This document shows positions 61,730-64,000 of a stretch of DNA of 64,000 bases, one piece after another. A model generated the notes under the pieces. That model had not been told where the DNA came from. It worked only from the letters and a program-made list of their open reading frames with translations, and ran no database searches. The first letter of the stretch is position 1; each line of letters opens with the position of its first letter. A program made the position numbers and the translations under genes. Source of the stretch: Waddliaceae bacterium (GTDB taxonomy: Bacteria; Chlamydiota; Chlamydiia; Chlamydiales; SLFE01); contig CAWAPJ010000001.1 of assembly GCA_963783885.1 (NCBI GenBank), positions 64,001-128,000 on the forward strand, read 5' to 3'.

Positions 61730-62246
61730 AACATTGAATAGCAACATTATCCTCGATGAGTTTCTCAAAGTCAAAAAAGAACATCTTCGTTTCCCAAACG
61801 GTTATGAGCACAACCACTACACCCTTACACTGCCTGCGAAAACATCAGTTTCAATCGTACCCGTCACAGAAGATGGGCAGCTAATCATCAACGAAGAGTA
61901 CCGGCACCCCGCCGGGGGAAGAGTTCTCAGCCTTCCCGGCGGTTTTCTTCATGAAAATGAATCGCCCAAAGAAGGAGGCAGACGTGAGCTGCTTGAAGAA
62001 ACGGGCTTTGAGGCAAAGAATTTTAAGGAACTGGGTCGATCATTCCCTATGCCGGGCATCTGCGACCAAAAAGTGATCTATGTTCTCGCTGAAAACTGCC
62101 GAAAAACACGCCAGCCCGAGCTTGAGGGGGGAGAGATTATACAAACGTTTACATTCTCGCTTGAAGAGCTCAGGGATAAAATCAGGCAAGGCGCCGCAGT
62201 CGACGGCATCCTTCTTACCGGCCTGTGCTTTTATCAGATGGGGTAG
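61719..62246 (+). CDS. NUDIX hydrolase (ADP-ribose pyrophosphatase-like)
   Basis: Nudix box GFLHENESPKEGGRRELLEETGF; EYRHP. Confidence 0.9.
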   Translation: MQIKTLNSNIILDEFLKVKKEHLRFPNGYEHNHYTLTLPAKTSVSIVPVTEDGQLIINEEYRHPAGGRVLSLPGGFLHENESPKEGGRRELLEETGFEAKNFKELGRSFPMPGICDQKVIYVLAENCRKTRQPELEGGEIIQTFTFSLEELRDKIRQGAAVDGILLTGLCFYQMG

Positions 62247-63760
62247 GCCGCTTTAAGCGCCTCCTGCCTTTTTTTAAATTCATTTTTAATCGCATCGCAT
62301 CGTTTTATATCTCCGCGCTTCTTAGCAGCCATAAACTCATTTTTGATAAATCCCATGACAGGAACCGGAGGAATTTTGCTGTTTCTTAACTGTTTTTGAT
62401 ATTTCTCTTTAGTGTCGATTATGCTATTAAATGCCTTGCTCAATTCCTTCTTTTGCAAAAGTTGATTCAAACACATTGCAATCTCAAAATTTTTTACTCT
62501 GATAGACTCATTGAACAAAGCGATGAGATTGTCCATGAGATTTTTTCGTTGTTTTATCTTTTTTGTTTCCAAGATCTCTTGATGCAAAACCTGATAAAGG
62601 CTATCAGCAAGCCGATCGATATTACGGGACACGAATTTTTCTATACAATTTGCATGCCACCCTGCCATGATTTCTGTCACTTCATGGACTCTTAATTTTC
62701 TTATAAGCATTCGGCGATCTACGTTTTCGGATAGGCCTGCTTCGCCCGCGCTGCGGTCTCCAGGAACGTATATCAGCGAACGCTTACATTTTCTTTTTTT
62801 CAAGTCTGAAACTTTGGGGGATTTCATCTTATCAATTCGCAATATTAATTGCCTTATGTAGCCCAATCTTTCACACAGAAGATCAGAAGATGAAGTTAAA
62901 ACAAATATTTTCTGAATATAAACTCTTAACTGATATAAAAGGACGAATGTATTGTTGATATTACTTTTCCATATCTTATCAATCACCATTGTGTGATCAG
63001 GGTCTATGACAAATGAACATTGAAAATACCGATTGTTTTCTAGACAATGCTCCAAATAAGAATGCATTAATTCCCTTGTTACGACAATATTATGATCCAA
63101 CAGGCTGATCTGGGGATCTTTGATGTCAGGACCTTGTAGAGTTTCATTAAAAAAAATGCGACGGCATAAATTTTTATATATATCAGGATATTTGTTTTTC
63201 AGAGAATTATAAGTCCTCTTGATTAACAATTGGTATATTTCTTCATCCGACAAATCAGGTTTTTTTTCCCACAATATCTTCATGATAATGAAATGACACA
63301 GTTGGACTGAGCGATAGGATCTTAGACAAGGCTTTAAATCTTCGGATAATTGTTCCAAAGTATATTTGACATTGTTCAAGACGATAGAGTTGTATTCAGA
63401 TTGCAATTGATTTCTAAATTTCTCCGATTTTGATATTAATTGAAAATAGAAGATTCCCGAAAATTTCCAATTATACTCAAATCCAAATTTAGAAAATTTT
63501 GTTGCGACATCCAGATCCGACCAACTGGCAGGTTTCAGTTGAATCACTTTTTGAAGAATATTTGTGACTGTAGACAAATTCCTGTTTTTTTCAATGCAAC
63601 CAATCTGATAAAGGTCTTTTAAACACTCTTCCGCAATGTTGTCAATTTTGGGGCTTTTTTCAATCTGCCGATTGACATATCCTAGAGAAAACTCTACTGG
63701 ATCCGAACCTTCTTTATAATCCGGATATAACGTTCTCCAGTTATTCTGATAAATTATCAT
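62234..63760 (-). CDS. hypothetical protein with degenerate C-terminal RasGEF-like region
   Basis: EILETKKIKQRKNLMDNLIAL...KNFEIAMCL and PPVPVMG resemble CDC25 motifs. Confidence 0.6.
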   Translation of the reverse strand: MIIYQNNWRTLYPDYKEGSDPVEFSLGYVNRQIEKSPKIDNIAEECLKDLYQIGCIEKNRNLSTVTNILQKVIQLKPASWSDLDVATKFSKFGFEYNWKFSGIFYFQLISKSEKFRNQLQSEYNSIVLNNVKYTLEQLSEDLKPCLRSYRSVQLCHFIIMKILWEKKPDLSDEEIYQLLIKRTYNSLKNKYPDIYKNLCRRIFFNETLQGPDIKDPQISLLDHNIVVTRELMHSYLEHCLENNRYFQCSFVIDPDHTMVIDKIWKSNINNTFVLLYQLRVYIQKIFVLTSSSDLLCERLGYIRQLILRIDKMKSPKVSDLKKRKCKRSLIYVPGDRSAGEAGLSENVDRRMLIRKLRVHEVTEIMAGWHANCIEKFVSRNIDRLADSLYQVLHQEILETKKIKQRKNLMDNLIALFNESIRVKNFEIAMCLNQLLQKKELSKAFNSIIDTKEKYQKQLRNSKIPPVPVMGFIKNEFMAAKKRGDIKRCDAIKNEFKKRQEALKAAYPI

Positions 63761-63836
63761 TTGCTTCCCTCATGATTACACAAAAGAGCAATTTTATATC
63801 TAATTTTGCAAAATTAAGTCAAAGAAAAAAATGAAT

Positions 63837-63865
63837 AAAACCGAGGCCTAAAGGCCTCGGTTTTT
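63837..63865 (-). terminator. intrinsic terminator after rpoC (bidirectional shape)
   Basis: AAAACCGAGGCCT-aa-AGGCCTCGGTTTTT. Confidence 0.85.
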
Positions 63866-63870
63866 GTTGA

Positions 63871-64000
63871 TTACTTTTTGGAGTTAACCGGTTCGACAGA
63901 CTCGAAGTCGAAGACAAGGTCTTCGGCTTCGGCAGAATCAATAGACGCATATGTTCGCTTATGCTCATCGAATCCGGTTCCGGCAGGGATAGTGTGTCCC
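63871..64000 (-). CDS. rpoC: RNA polymerase beta' subunit, 3' end (partial)
   Basis: Minus strand reads GHTIPAGTGFDEHKR...EDLVFDFESVEPVNSKK*; IPAGTG is the conserved RpoC terminal motif. Confidence 0.88.
   Translation of the reverse strand, partial: GHTIPAGTGFDEHKRTYASIDSAEAEDLVFDFESVEPVNSKK

Noticed and set aside
1-64000. CRISPR array or cas genes
   Set aside because: No regularly spaced direct repeats seen; the recurring 20-40-bp sequences are IS982 ends

Overview
Chromosomal segment of an environmental chlamydia (Chlamydiota, Parachlamydiales-like), inferred from gene content and order: gmk-omega-metG, ffh-rpsP-trmD-rplS-rnhB, chlamydial-type L28, long IspG, PknD and the RpoC C-terminus. 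The housekeeping backbone includes clpB, sthA, prfA/prmC, tadA, rpsO-pnp, ftsH, tilS, lptF/G, alr and tRNA-Ser. Interspersed are candidate eukaryote-like effectors (two RasGEF-like proteins, a USP deubiquitinase, a frameshifted F-box/LRR gene, helical-repeat proteins), a catB gene and many mobile elements. The most notable structure is a nested element at 36005-39121, flanked by a 9-bp target duplication inside an aldo/keto reductase pseudogene. It is an IS5/IS903-type transposon carrying a GxxExxY nuclease-fold gene, with ~58-bp inverted ends that each hold three CACNGAG-type heptamers. One end is split by an IS110 element with a 10-bp repeat, and 177 bp of extra DNA was apparently captured via a surrogate end. 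An IS982-family element (four copies, two derived MITEs) duplicates 5-bp C-N3-G targets and carries long hairpins at its ends; the left-end stem varies between copies only by G-U pairs. All calls come from manual motif reading, not database searches.
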